DNA from: Deltaproteobacteria bacterium
GTDB taxonomy: Bacteria > Desulfobacterota_D > UBA1144 > Nemesobacterales > CSP1-2
Direction of reading: 5' to 3'
DNA: 64,000 nt
NCBI GenBank assembly: GCA_052390235.1
Contig: JBQTHB010000008.1
Span: forward strand, 1 to 64,000
Part shown: positions 1-9,021 of the stretch, in pieces
Numbering within the stretch: position 1 is the first letter of the stretch
Layout of the letters: each line of letters begins with the position of its first letter
The notes under the pieces: generated by a model
Databases searched by the model: none
What the model was told of the DNA's origin: nothing
What the model saw: the letters and a program-made list of their open reading frames with translations, nothing else
Position numbers and translations under genes: made by a program

Positions 1-169
1 AAAACACCCTCTTCTCTCCAAATATCCACGGGCTGGGTTTTCTCGACACTCGGGGGCTTGTTTTCGGTAAGTTTTTTTAACCCCCCCCCCCCCCCCCCCC
101 GCAAAATCCAACCTACTTAGGGGCATATTCATTGAGCGGATGGGAATATCATAGGCTCGCGCGCTTAAT

Positions 170-207
170 AAAAAAGGCGGCAGACCCACACACTAGAGCC
201 TGCCGCC
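170..207 (-). terminator. Intrinsic terminator after pntB
   Basis: GGCGGCAG (176-183)/CTGCCGCC (200-207) stem with an A-run at 170-175 (U-tract on minus strand), just past the pntB stop. Confidence 0.7.
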
Positions 208-235
208 ATTGCCAATCTCGGAAATTCTCTGATGT

Positions 236-1609
236 TTACTTGAGTTCCTGAGCGAGCTTCGATACAACCGACTTTGCGTCGCCGAATATCATCATTGTTC
301 TCTCGTTGTAGTAAAGCTCGTTTTCAATTCCGGCAAACCCTGGATTCATACTGCGCTTGATGACCATAACATTTTTCGCCTTGTCCACGTCAAGTATGGG
401 CATTCCGTAAATCGGGCTTGCCTTATCATGACGCGCGGCGGGGTTCGTTACGTCGTTCGCCCCGATAACCAAAGCGACGTCCGCATCCGGGAAATCCGGG
501 TTAATATCGTCCATATCCATAAGCTCGTCGTAGGGGACGTTTGCCTCGGCGAGAAGCACGTTCATGTGTCCCGGCATACGCCCTGCAACCGGGTGAATTG
601 CGTATTTTACCGTAGCGCCTCTGGCTTTGAGCAGGTCGGCAAGCTCCCTTACGCCGTGCTGAGCCTGCGCCGCCGCCATTCCATATCCGGGTATGACGAT
701 AACGAGCTTGGCGGTCTTAAATATATTCGCCGCCTCTACGGGAGTGCCTGAGCGCACCGTGAGCTTACTGGTGTCAACCGCCGTTCCTGCCGCCGCAGGC
801 GCAACCTGCCCAAACGCGCCGAAAAGCACGTTGGTAATTGAGCGGTTCATAGCCCTGCACATGATGATAGAGAGGACGAATCCCGAAGCTCCATCGAGCG
901 CGCCGGCGATGATGAGAATGTTGTTCTCAAGGGCAAACCCAAGGAGCGAGGCCGAAATACCGGCATAAGAGTTCAAGATGGCGATAACCGTAGGCATATC
1001 CGCCGCCCCGATGGGGAGAATTAGCAACACGCCGAAAGCGAGCGCCATAATGAGCATTAGGTAGAAGAGAAACCACGCGCCCGGGTCAAAAACCAGGTAT
1101 ATCACTATCGCAAACATTGTGATAAAAAGCGATACGTTGATAATGTTCTGGTTCTTATAGGTCGTCGGCGCTCCGGGGAGGAGTCCCTGCAATTTGCCGA
1201 ACGCCATCATGCTTCCCGTAAAGGTGAGGCTCCCGAGAAGCACCTCAGTGCCGATAGCCGTCATTCTCACGGGGTTTAGGTCGTGTCCGTGATAATACTC
1301 CGCAATACCCACGAGGGCGGCGGCAAGGGCTCCAAAGGCGTGAGACAGGGCGGTTCGCTGAGGCATAGCCGTCATTGGGGTCCAAAGCGCGATTCCAACT
1401 CCGGCGGCTGAGCCTACGATAATTCCTATGATGATGCCTGAGAAGGTTATTATCCCCTCTCCCATCATCGTGGCGACGATTGCTAGGAGCATTCCCAAAG
1501 CCGCCATTTTCTGACCGTTTCTAGCGGTCTCAGGCGAATTCAGCCCCTTTAAACCGAAAATAAAAAGTCCGGCGGATACGAGATATATAAGGTCAATATA
1601 TACGTTCAT
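236..1609 (-). CDS. pntB: NAD(P) transhydrogenase subunit beta
   Basis: Multi-TM N-half; dIII motifs PGYGMA, HPVAGRMPGHMNVLLAEA, GANDVTNPAA. Confidence 0.97.
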   Translation of the reverse strand: MNVYIDLIYLVSAGLFIFGLKGLNSPETARNGQKMAALGMLLAIVATMMGEGIITFSGIIIGIIVGSAAGVGIALWTPMTAMPQRTALSHAFGALAAALVGIAEYYHGHDLNPVRMTAIGTEVLLGSLTFTGSMMAFGKLQGLLPGAPTTYKNQNIINVSLFITMFAIVIYLVFDPGAWFLFYLMLIMALAFGVLLILPIGAADMPTVIAILNSYAGISASLLGFALENNILIIAGALDGASGFVLSIIMCRAMNRSITNVLFGAFGQVAPAAAGTAVDTSKLTVRSGTPVEAANIFKTAKLVIVIPGYGMAAAQAQHGVRELADLLKARGATVKYAIHPVAGRMPGHMNVLLAEANVPYDELMDMDDINPDFPDADVALVIGANDVTNPAARHDKASPIYGMPILDVDKAKNVMVIKRSMNPGFAGIENELYYNERTMMIFGDAKSVVSKLAQELK

Positions 1610-1923
1610 CTCTGGTGTTCCCCTTTCTGGCTATCCGATTTTCCCTTCTTAAACATCTTGAGCATACGCTCGGTAATCAAGAACCCGCCCACGACATTAC
1701 ACATAGCGCACGCAACCGCTACCGTGCCGAGAATCGAGACCAAAGCCCCGTTTCCAGAACCGGCGATGATAATAGCCGCAACCACGCAGATTGCCGATAT
1801 AGCGTTAGTAGCCGACATCAGCGGCGTGTGGAGAAGCGGCGGAATTTTCGTGATGACCTGAAAACCGATGAATGCCGCCAAGAAAAAAACATAAACCGAA
1901 GCAAGTGGCGTAGTTATTTCCAT
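1606..1923 (-). CDS. pntAb: NAD(P) transhydrogenase alpha subunit part 2 (membrane)
   Basis: LHTPLMSATNAIS and NVVGGFLITERML motifs; overlaps the pntB start. Confidence 0.95.
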   Translation of the reverse strand: MEITTPLASVYVFFLAAFIGFQVITKIPPLLHTPLMSATNAISAICVVAAIIIAGSGNGALVSILGTVAVACAMCNVVGGFLITERMLKMFKKGKSDSQKGEHQR

Positions 1924-1951
1924 GGTAACTGTTGTCTCCTGTTAGACGAAT

Positions 1952-3085
1952 TTACTTTATTGAGCCTTTTACCGCCGGATGAACAATCTCTCCGCCATGC
2001 GTTACCAGCGAGCCTTTCACGATGTCGTCGGCAAGATCAAGCGCTATAGATTTGCCGTCGGGAGCAATGAGATTGACAAAGGCGATGATGTTCCTAGCAT
2101 AGAGCCAGCTCGCGTGAACCGGCATCGCGCTTGGGATATTAGTCGTCCCGATAATCACGACGTTGTTCTTTATGACGTCCCTGCCCATCTCAGAGAGTGT
2201 GCAGTTTCCGCCCTGCTCCACAGCCATATCAACGATGACTGAGCCGGGCTTCATCTCCGCCACCATCTCATCCGTGATCAGCACGGGGGCGCGCTTTCCG
2301 GGGATAAGAGCGGTCGAGATGATAATGTCTGTGTCTTTTGAGTACTTGCGGATTAAGTCCTGCTCTTTTTTATAGAAGTCGGCGGAAAATTCCTTTGCGT
2401 ATCCGCCCTTGTCCTCGGCTTGGTCGTGAGGGACTTCGAGGGACACAAAATCCGCCCCCAAGCTCTTTACCTGCTCCCCTGCGGCGGGTCTCACGTCAAA
2501 CGCGGTAACGACAGCCCCAAGCCTCCTCGCCGTAGCGATAGCCTGAAGACCGGCAACCCCCGCCCCTATGATAATCACCTTTGCCGGTTGCACTGTTCCT
2601 GCGGCTGTGGCGAGCATGGGGAAGAATCTGCCCGAAGCGCTCGCCGCCATAAGCACGACTTTATATCCCGCGACCGTACTCATCGTGGAAAGGGCGTCCA
2701 TTCTCTGGGCGCGTGTGATTCTGGGAACAAGCTCCATCGAGAGGGCAGACACGTTTTTCTCCGCGAGCTTGGCTATAACGTCCGGGCTTGCGAAGGGCTG
2801 AAGGAAACTGATGAGAACCGTGCCGGGTTTCATCTGCTCGGCCTCTTCAACCGTGGGTTTATTGACCTTCAAGAGCAAATCGGCTTCGGCAAATACGGAC
2901 GCCGCATCAGGAGCGATACTTGCCCCCGCCGCCTCGAAATCGGCATCCGAGATGAACGCCTCAAGCCCCGCGCCCGACTCCACAATGACCTGCGCGCCTG
3001 CTTTTGTCATTCTCGCCACGGTCTCAGGCACGGCGGCAATGCGCCGCTCGCCCGCTAATGACTCCTTGGGGATTCCTACTCTCAC
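1952..3085 (-). CDS. pntAa: NAD(P) transhydrogenase alpha subunit part 1 (dI)
   Basis: GTG start with GGAGG SD; GIPKE..ERR, PRITRAQRMD, GAGVAGLQAIATA, GGYAKE motifs. Confidence 0.96.
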   Translation of the reverse strand: MRVGIPKESLAGERRIAAVPETVARMTKAGAQVIVESGAGLEAFISDADFEAAGASIAPDAASVFAEADLLLKVNKPTVEEAEQMKPGTVLISFLQPFASPDVIAKLAEKNVSALSMELVPRITRAQRMDALSTMSTVAGYKVVLMAASASGRFFPMLATAAGTVQPAKVIIIGAGVAGLQAIATARRLGAVVTAFDVRPAAGEQVKSLGADFVSLEVPHDQAEDKGGYAKEFSADFYKKEQDLIRKYSKDTDIIISTALIPGKRAPVLITDEMVAEMKPGSVIVDMAVEQGGNCTLSEMGRDVIKNNVVIIGTTNIPSAMPVHASWLYARNIIAFVNLIAPDGKSIALDLADDIVKGSLVTHGGEIVHPAVKGSIK

Positions 3086-3230
3086 GCCTCCCTCCTCGGT
3101 AAACAGTGAAATTGCAAGGCTTGACTATACCAAAACTCATCTTTAGCGTCAAGGGGATTATAAGGGATTATTTGGAAACAGCGAAACCACTCCTGCCAAG
3201 CGGAAACCCCGAATCCGAAGGCGCGGGGGC

Positions 3231-3259
3231 TTGCGCGGGCGATGGGGTTTGGGTAGAAT
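3231..3259 (+). promoter_or_regulatory. Sigma70-type promoter for tRNA-Arg
   Basis: TTGCGC-N17-TAGAAT about 30 nt upstream of the tRNA. Confidence 0.55.
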
Positions 3260-3288
3260 TCGCCCGTTGCGCTTTCGCATCGATAAGT

Positions 3289-3362
3289 GTCCCCGTAGCT
3301 CAGTTGGACAGAGCACAGGATTCCTAATCCTGGGGTCGTGGGTTCAAATCCCGCCGGGGACG
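3289..3362 (+). tRNA. tRNA-Arg (anticodon CCT); CCA not encoded
   Basis: Acceptor GTCCCCG/CGGGGAC, D arm GCTC..GAGC, anticodon arm CAGGA-TT-CCT-AA-TCCTG, T loop GGTTCAAATCC. Confidence 0.96.
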
Positions 3363-3458
3363 CACTGATTCTCGCCTGCACCCGAGCTTCCAGTCATTCT
3401 ATAAACTCTCAAGCGAAGTCGGATACCCATTTTAAGCCTCATTATGCGAGCGCGCTAT

Positions 3459-4094
3459 CTACTTGGGCATATATCCCGTTTTGGCGCTCCAGAGGAGAAA
3501 ATCCAGCTCGTCGGGGTCAATTCCCAGCGCGGCGGCGAAGTGTCTGGCCCTATTTTCGATTTCGATGTAGCGTTTTCTCGTCGAAGGGGGTTTGGGGCTA
3601 TCCACTACGCCGAGCTTCCAAAGGTAGTGAAGTATGTTTTTATCGAGGATGCAGTAGCCAGCAAATCCGAGGTTTCGCAGAAAATGGCTCGCCTGAACGT
3701 AGCCTATGCCGCGGATATTTTTATTCTGGGCGAAAAAATCCCTCCGCCCCTCCGGGCTATCGAAAGAGAGAATCAAATCCTTCAATTTAAAATCGAATTC
3801 AGCCCGAAGATACTCTCTCGTGCCGGCAATATAGCGCGCTCGCTCAGGGTATTTATGCGCCTCGGCAAGGGATTTTCTCATTTCCTCCTCGCTCCCCTCA
3901 AGCAAGATGTCTCGTATCGCCTCAAGCCCCTTTATGCCTCCCCTTGGACCTACAGCGGAGGTCAGGATGCAGAAGACGAGTTCCTCGAAGATGCGGCGGT
4001 CGTCTGCGGCGTCAAAGGCGCGCCTAAATTCATCAAGCCGCGCCCTGATGAAATCCCTTTTCTCAAAATAGCCGAGGTCGTGAATTAGACTCAT
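3459..4094 (-). CDS. Ogg2-family (N-glycosylase/DNA lyase) paralogue with HhH Lys replaced by Val
   Basis: FEELVFCILT, GIGYVQASHFLRNLG, ILDKN, LDFLLW..KTG..K; start chosen at ATG 4094 (ORF is open to 4148). Confidence 0.85.
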   Translation of the reverse strand: MSLIHDLGYFEKRDFIRARLDEFRRAFDAADDRRIFEELVFCILTSAVGPRGGIKGLEAIRDILLEGSEEEMRKSLAEAHKYPERARYIAGTREYLRAEFDFKLKDLILSFDSPEGRRDFFAQNKNIRGIGYVQASHFLRNLGFAGYCILDKNILHYLWKLGVVDSPKPPSTRKRYIEIENRARHFAAALGIDPDELDFLLWSAKTGYMPK

Positions 4095-4237
4095 CGCAGA
4101 GATAAGTTTAGCCTGAGTTTGAGGCGCGAAGAAAGCACAGAGCCGCATATTTCATGGATTAGAACCTGTGGTGTGTGTGAGAACGAACCACTCAGGACTC
4201 AGAATGACAGTTCTAAACAGCGCGTCAAAAACCCGAA

Positions 4238-4894
4238 TCACTTGAGAATTTCCCCCGTTTTCTCGCTCCACAGGAGCAAGTCAAGCTCGTCGAAATCAAT
4301 TTGCAAGCGGCGGCCGAGTACCTTTAGCCTCTGTTCAATTTCAAGGTAAGCGGCTCTGCTGTGAGGGGGCTTTTGGGTTTCCACGATGCCCAATTCATAG
4401 AGTGTGCGGATGATATGCTTATCCAAAATGGCGTATCCCCCGAAGCCGATATTGCGCAGGAAATGGCTCGCTTCCTTGTAGCCAATACCTTTTATATTGC
4501 GGTTTAGAGCGAAGAAATCCCGCCTTTTGAGCGGGTCGTCAAAGGAGAGAATAAAATCCCTCAACTTAAAGCCATACTCCCGAGCAAGGTAATCCCTAGT
4601 GTCTGCAACGTAGCCTGAACGGGCGTTGGGGAATCTGTGCGCCCCCCGAAGCCTCAGCGATAGGCACTCGCGGCTTGCGGTAAGCAATACGTCCCGCGTG
4701 GCGTCAACGGATTTATGCCCCATTTTCGCGCTCGCCCCTGCGGTGAAGATGCAAAAGACAAGCTCCTCGAAAATCTCTGCGTCGCCGCCCCGCTCCATGA
4801 CCTGGCGGAATTCACCTAGGCGGCGGGCGATGAAATCCCTTTTTTCCAAATAAGCGGCGCGCAGGCACTCGACTGAGATATTGGTGTTATTCAT
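4238..4894 (-). CDS. ogg: 8-oxoguanine DNA glycosylase/AP lyase, Ogg2 family
   Basis: FEELVFCIFTA, HRFPNARS, GIGYKEASHFLRNIG, AILDKH, C-terminal TGEILK. Confidence 0.9.
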   Translation of the reverse strand: MNNTNISVECLRAAYLEKRDFIARRLGEFRQVMERGGDAEIFEELVFCIFTAGASAKMGHKSVDATRDVLLTASRECLSLRLRGAHRFPNARSGYVADTRDYLAREYGFKLRDFILSFDDPLKRRDFFALNRNIKGIGYKEASHFLRNIGFGGYAILDKHIIRTLYELGIVETQKPPHSRAAYLEIEQRLKVLGRRLQIDFDELDLLLWSEKTGEILK

Positions 4895-4943
4895 GACTGA
4901 GATGGCGCGCTGAGTGTGTGATGGGGGAAGCGCGAAAATGGGG

Positions 4944-6731
4944 CTATTTCACATAAATCGTAAGCCTGTCTCCGAGGGCCAGATTGCTGGAGCGGAGGTT
5001 ATTCCAGTTCTTGATGTCGGATACGGAAACTTCGTATTTATTTGCTATATTCCAGAGGGTGTCGCCGCTCCTCACGTTGTGGTGTTTTACGACCTTGCTG
5101 TCTAGTTTGGGCTTGGTTTTAGCGGAGGCTACGGATACTCCGGGAACTCGAAGCGATTGTCCCGATTTAATAGTTGTGCCTCTTATGTTGTTTGCCTCTT
5201 TTAGGGAATCAACGCTGACCCCGTATTTAAGGGCGACCCTGTGGAGGGTTTCGCCGCGCCTGACCGTGTGTCTCACCGAGGGCTGAGTCTGCCGGCGCGT
5301 GGATGAGGCTTTTTTGGGTTTCGCCTCGGCAACGTAGCTATCGGCCTCGCCAACCGACCTTCCGCCGGACGGTATCGTTATAACCCTGCCGATTTTAACG
5401 TAAGGGCCCTTTATGCGGTTCGCTTTTTTGAGCGAGGCAAGGCTCACGCCGTGGCGGGCGGCAATTTTAGTTAACGTATCTCCCCGCCTCACGCGATACT
5501 TGGCAGATGCGGATTCGGAGGCTGGGACGACATTTGATACCCTTTGAATCGAGGCGATATAAGAGTGGTTATCCCGAATTATCGAGGCATAGCCGACTGG
5601 AACGTTGAGTTGATAATCCCCTCCGGGAGGCGTTGCGCCGCGCCTGAGGCTCGGATTCAGGTCCTTTAGCCTGCCGTGGTCAACCCCTATTGCCTTAGCC
5701 AAATCCGCAAGGCTCACTTGGGAGGGAACTAGCACTTTTTCAAAGGTCTTAGGCTCGTGGTAATCAATGTCGTCGAAGCCGTATTTCTCGAGATTCCTCG
5801 CGATTATGAGCGCCGCCATGAGTTTCGGCACGTATTCTCTGGTTTCTCTGGGAAGCGTGTATTCGGAAATCTCCCAAAAGTCCGAGACCTCATACTTCGC
5901 TATCGCCGAGCGCACCCTCTCCTCGCCTGCGTTATATCCGGCGGCGGCAAGCTCCCAATTGGAGAACATCCCGTATAGGTCGCTGAGGTAATTCGCGGCG
6001 GCTACGGTGGATTTCTCAGGATCCATACGCTCGTCAACCCAATCGTCAACCCTTAGCCCGTACCTCTTAGCCGTAGGAGCTATAAACTGCCACGGGCCCA
6101 CAGCCCCTTTGTGAGACCTCGCGCTCACGCTAAAGCCGCTTTCAATCATGGCGAGATAGACCAAATCCTGCGGCAGTCCCTTGGAGTCGAGAATCTCCCT
6201 CATCATGGGCAGGTACCTGCCAGAGCGGGACAGCCAAATCCTGAAGGAAACTCGCCCCCTGTTCTGGAAGTAGTCGAGAAATCTCTCAACCTTGTAGTTT
6301 AAGACAACCGGTATGTCTAGCTCGCTCTGAGGCGGGTTGTCGCGCAAATCCGCGTTGATTTCGTCTTTGAGGTAGAAGAAGTAGTAATAAGCCTTCCAGA
6401 TGTCCGGGTCCGGCTCAACCAAAAAGAGCGACGGCGATCCACCCTTGGCGAACACGCCGGGTATCTGGCTAAGCGCGTCTCCTTCGATGGGTCTCTCGGC
6501 GAGATTTGGCTCTGGGTCCAGCGCCTTAGCGACAATCTTTTGCTTGGCGGCTGGTTCTTGAGTCAGTTTATCGGGAGCGTTTTCATACTTTGGGGTCTCA
6601 ACGCGGGGAACGGGCAGGTTACCTGTGTTGGATGAAGCCTGGGGCGAGTACCGGGCCGTGCCTGCGCAGGCGGATGCAAACGCGGCGAGCAAACAAATTG
6701 AGAAGACGTGCCTAAATATCATTAGCCTCAT
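4944..6731 (-). CDS. mltD: MltD-like lytic murein transglycosylase lipoprotein with three LysM domains
   Basis: Lipobox-like ASAC; SLT motifs AMIESGF, AVGPWQFI, AAGYNAGE, ETREYVPK; three VRxGD/ETL LysM repeats. Confidence 0.88.
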   Translation of the reverse strand: MRLMIFRHVFSICLLAAFASACAGTARYSPQASSNTGNLPVPRVETPKYENAPDKLTQEPAAKQKIVAKALDPEPNLAERPIEGDALSQIPGVFAKGGSPSLFLVEPDPDIWKAYYYFFYLKDEINADLRDNPPQSELDIPVVLNYKVERFLDYFQNRGRVSFRIWLSRSGRYLPMMREILDSKGLPQDLVYLAMIESGFSVSARSHKGAVGPWQFIAPTAKRYGLRVDDWVDERMDPEKSTVAAANYLSDLYGMFSNWELAAAGYNAGEERVRSAIAKYEVSDFWEISEYTLPRETREYVPKLMAALIIARNLEKYGFDDIDYHEPKTFEKVLVPSQVSLADLAKAIGVDHGRLKDLNPSLRRGATPPGGDYQLNVPVGYASIIRDNHSYIASIQRVSNVVPASESASAKYRVRRGDTLTKIAARHGVSLASLKKANRIKGPYVKIGRVITIPSGGRSVGEADSYVAEAKPKKASSTRRQTQPSVRHTVRRGETLHRVALKYGVSVDSLKEANNIRGTTIKSGQSLRVPGVSVASAKTKPKLDSKVVKHHNVRSGDTLWNIANKYEVSVSDIKNWNNLRSSNLALGDRLTIYVK

Positions 6732-6788
6732 TTTTTATCATAAATCGAAAACGATGTCAATAAAAATCAGTCCTGATGAAGAAAAAGA

Positions 6789-7775
6789 CTAGCCGCCGAT
6801 AGCCGACATTGACCTCTTTGGCTTAATAAACTCAGGCTTGTTAATGAGATGCCCCGCGCGCTTGGCCCGGACGGCGTCAATCAGAAACCGCTTAATTTCA
6901 TCATCCCCGGCGCCTCCACGCAAAACGGGTTTTATATCGTAGTCATCGAGCGCGAAGAGGCAGGTCATGATTTTTCCGTCAGCCGTGAGCCTAATCCTAT
7001 TGCAGTTTGCGCAAAAAGGCTCGGACACCGAGGGGATGATGCCGACCTCGCCGCGCCCGTCCTTGAACCGGTATCTCGTCGCCGGATCGCCGCTTGAGTC
7101 AGTCTGCTCTTCAAGCGGAGCGATGCGGCTGAGCCTCTCTAAAATCTCTCGCTTTGAGACGACTAGGTCTCGATTCCAAGCGTCGCCGCCGTCGAGGGGC
7201 ATAAATTCAATGAATCTGAGTTTAAAAGGGGCGTCGCGGCAGAATTCGGCGAGGGATTCAATTTCGTCGTCGTTGTAACCGCGCATGACGACGGCGTTGA
7301 TTTTTATTGGGAAAAGCCCCGAGTCCTTGGCGGCGGCTATTCCATCCATAACGCGGCGGAAGTGGTTTCTTCTGGTTATTTGCTTGAATTTTTCAGGGCT
7401 GAGGGAGTCTAGGCTGATATTTACTCCCCGAAGCCCAGCTTCGGCAAGCGGGCGGGCTTTTTCGGCGAGAAAATACCCGTTTGTCGTCATCGAAACGCCT
7501 TCGATCCCCGCTATCTGGGCGAGCGTTGCGACGAGTCCCTCGACCCCTTCGCGCAGGAGCGGCTCGCCCCCCGTAACGCGGATTTTTCTTACCCCAAGCT
7601 CTGCCGACGCCCGGACTACGCGGCAAATCTCATCGAACGCGAGGATTTCCCCCTTGGGCGTCCAGCGAACCCCTTCGGCGGGCATACAGTAGAAGCACCT
7701 CATGTTGCATCTATCCGTAACCGACACCCTGAGCTTCGTTACAACGCGCCCGAATTTATCTATGAGTTTATCCAT
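6789..7775 (-). CDS. moaA: GTP 3',8-cyclase
   Basis: LRVSVTDRCNMRCFYCMP, FCANCNRIRLTADG, C-terminal MSAIGG. Confidence 0.97.
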   Translation of the reverse strand: MDKLIDKFGRVVTKLRVSVTDRCNMRCFYCMPAEGVRWTPKGEILAFDEICRVVRASAELGVRKIRVTGGEPLLREGVEGLVATLAQIAGIEGVSMTTNGYFLAEKARPLAEAGLRGVNISLDSLSPEKFKQITRRNHFRRVMDGIAAAKDSGLFPIKINAVVMRGYNDDEIESLAEFCRDAPFKLRFIEFMPLDGGDAWNRDLVVSKREILERLSRIAPLEEQTDSSGDPATRYRFKDGRGEVGIIPSVSEPFCANCNRIRLTADGKIMTCLFALDDYDIKPVLRGGAGDDEIKRFLIDAVRAKRAGHLINKPEFIKPKRSMSAIGG

Positions 7776-7991
7776 GGACAAGAATCCCAAGCGGAGGTGG
7801 GAAACCGCACTCCCGCCGAGGGGAGAATTTATCCAAACCCGCCGGTTAGATTCTATACGCCGAACCCGATGGATGCAACAGATTTCATAAAGAATAGATT
7901 CTCCAGTAAAATAGTTGGCGATGCGTCCATAGGCGCGGACGAACAGAGGAAGCTCAATAAAATCTCAGCGCCGCGCAGTGGGGGGGAGCGT

Positions 7992-8918
7992 ATGATTGAC
8001 GTAAGCGGCAAAATTAACACCCTGAGGGAAGCCCTAGCCGAGGCTACCATTAAAGCCAAGGAGGACACCCTTAAGAGGGTGAGTATGAGGGATATTCCCA
8101 AAGGGGACGTCCTTGAGACCGCGCGCGTGGCAGGCATTCTCGCCGCCAAGAAAACCTCCGAGCTGATTCCGCTCTGCCATCAAGCGCCGCTCGATTTTGT
8201 CTCTGTCGATTTCGATATTTGCCCCGGCGCAATTCTCATCAAGGCGCGGACGAAGGCTATCTGGAAAACCGGCGTTGAAATGGAAGCCCTAGTGGCGGCA
8301 TCCGTGGCATCCTTGGCGATTTACGATATGCTCAAGCCCATAGACGACTCGCTTGAGATAACGGGAGTGAAATTAATCGAGAAAAAAGGGGGCAAGGGGG
8401 ATTGGAAGGAGAACTTCAAACAGCCTCTAAAAACAGCGGTTTTGGTGCTTTCGGACTCCATCTCTCAGGGGAAGAAAGAGGACAAATCTGGTAGAGTCAT
8501 TATCGAAAAGCTCGCAAAAGAACCGGTATCCGTGGAGGCGTATAAAATCCTCCCGGACGACGCCGAACTCATCAAAGCCGAGCTACTGAAACTCGCGGAT
8601 GATGAAAAATTTGACCTTATCCTCACCACCGGAGGCACGGGGTTAAGCCCAAGGGACGTTACCGTGGAGGCTACGGCCGAGGTCATAGAGCGGGAGATTC
8701 CGGGGATTTCCGAAGCGCAGAGGATTTATGGATTTGAGAGAACCCCCCACGCCATGCTCTCGCGAGGGATTTCAGGGGTCAGGGGGAAGACCATGATTAT
8801 AAACCTTCCGGGAAGCTCGCGCGGCGCAGAGGAGTCAATGGACGCGATATTCCCTTGGGCGCTACACGGGTTTTGGATACTTCGCGGGGGCGGACATGAG
8901 AATAAAACCGTCAGATGA
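7992..8918 (+). CDS. moaC: Bifunctional MoaC-MoaB/MogA molybdenum cofactor protein
   Basis: MIDVSGK start after GGAG; LIPLCH and TGVEMEAL (MoaC) fused to TTGGTGLSPRDVT and INLPGS (MoaB/MogA). Confidence 0.93.
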   Translation: MIDVSGKINTLREALAEATIKAKEDTLKRVSMRDIPKGDVLETARVAGILAAKKTSELIPLCHQAPLDFVSVDFDICPGAILIKARTKAIWKTGVEMEALVAASVASLAIYDMLKPIDDSLEITGVKLIEKKGGKGDWKENFKQPLKTAVLVLSDSISQGKKEDKSGRVIIEKLAKEPVSVEAYKILPDDAELIKAELLKLADDEKFDLILTTGGTGLSPRDVTVEATAEVIEREIPGISEAQRIYGFERTPHAMLSRGISGVRGKTMIINLPGSSRGAEESMDAIFPWALHGFWILRGGGHENKTVR

Positions 8919-9021
8919 GACTGACAACGATGGGGGGCAGGCAGGGTTAATTTTGCGGATTTTACGCAAGCGGGCTAATACCGGCTGTAAAATAACTTAA
9001 CCGGAGCTTGAGCGCGGGAAA

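Noticed and set aside
72..100. T-run followed by a 20-nt poly-C tract
   Set aside because: Near the window edge in low-complexity sequence; more likely a sequencing/assembly artefact than a phase-variation tract
3363..3458. tRNA-Arg as a possible integration site
   Set aside because: No integrase and no duplicated tRNA 3' end seen downstream
3444..4088. 214-aa plus-strand ORF
   Set aside because: Antisense shadow of the Ogg paralogue with no recognisable motifs
7790..7990. Hairpin upstream of moaA as a Moco riboswitch; 65-aa N-terminal extension of moaC
   Set aside because: Only a simple stem-loop without recognisable Moco-RNA consensus; the moaC SD and MIDVS start are at 7992
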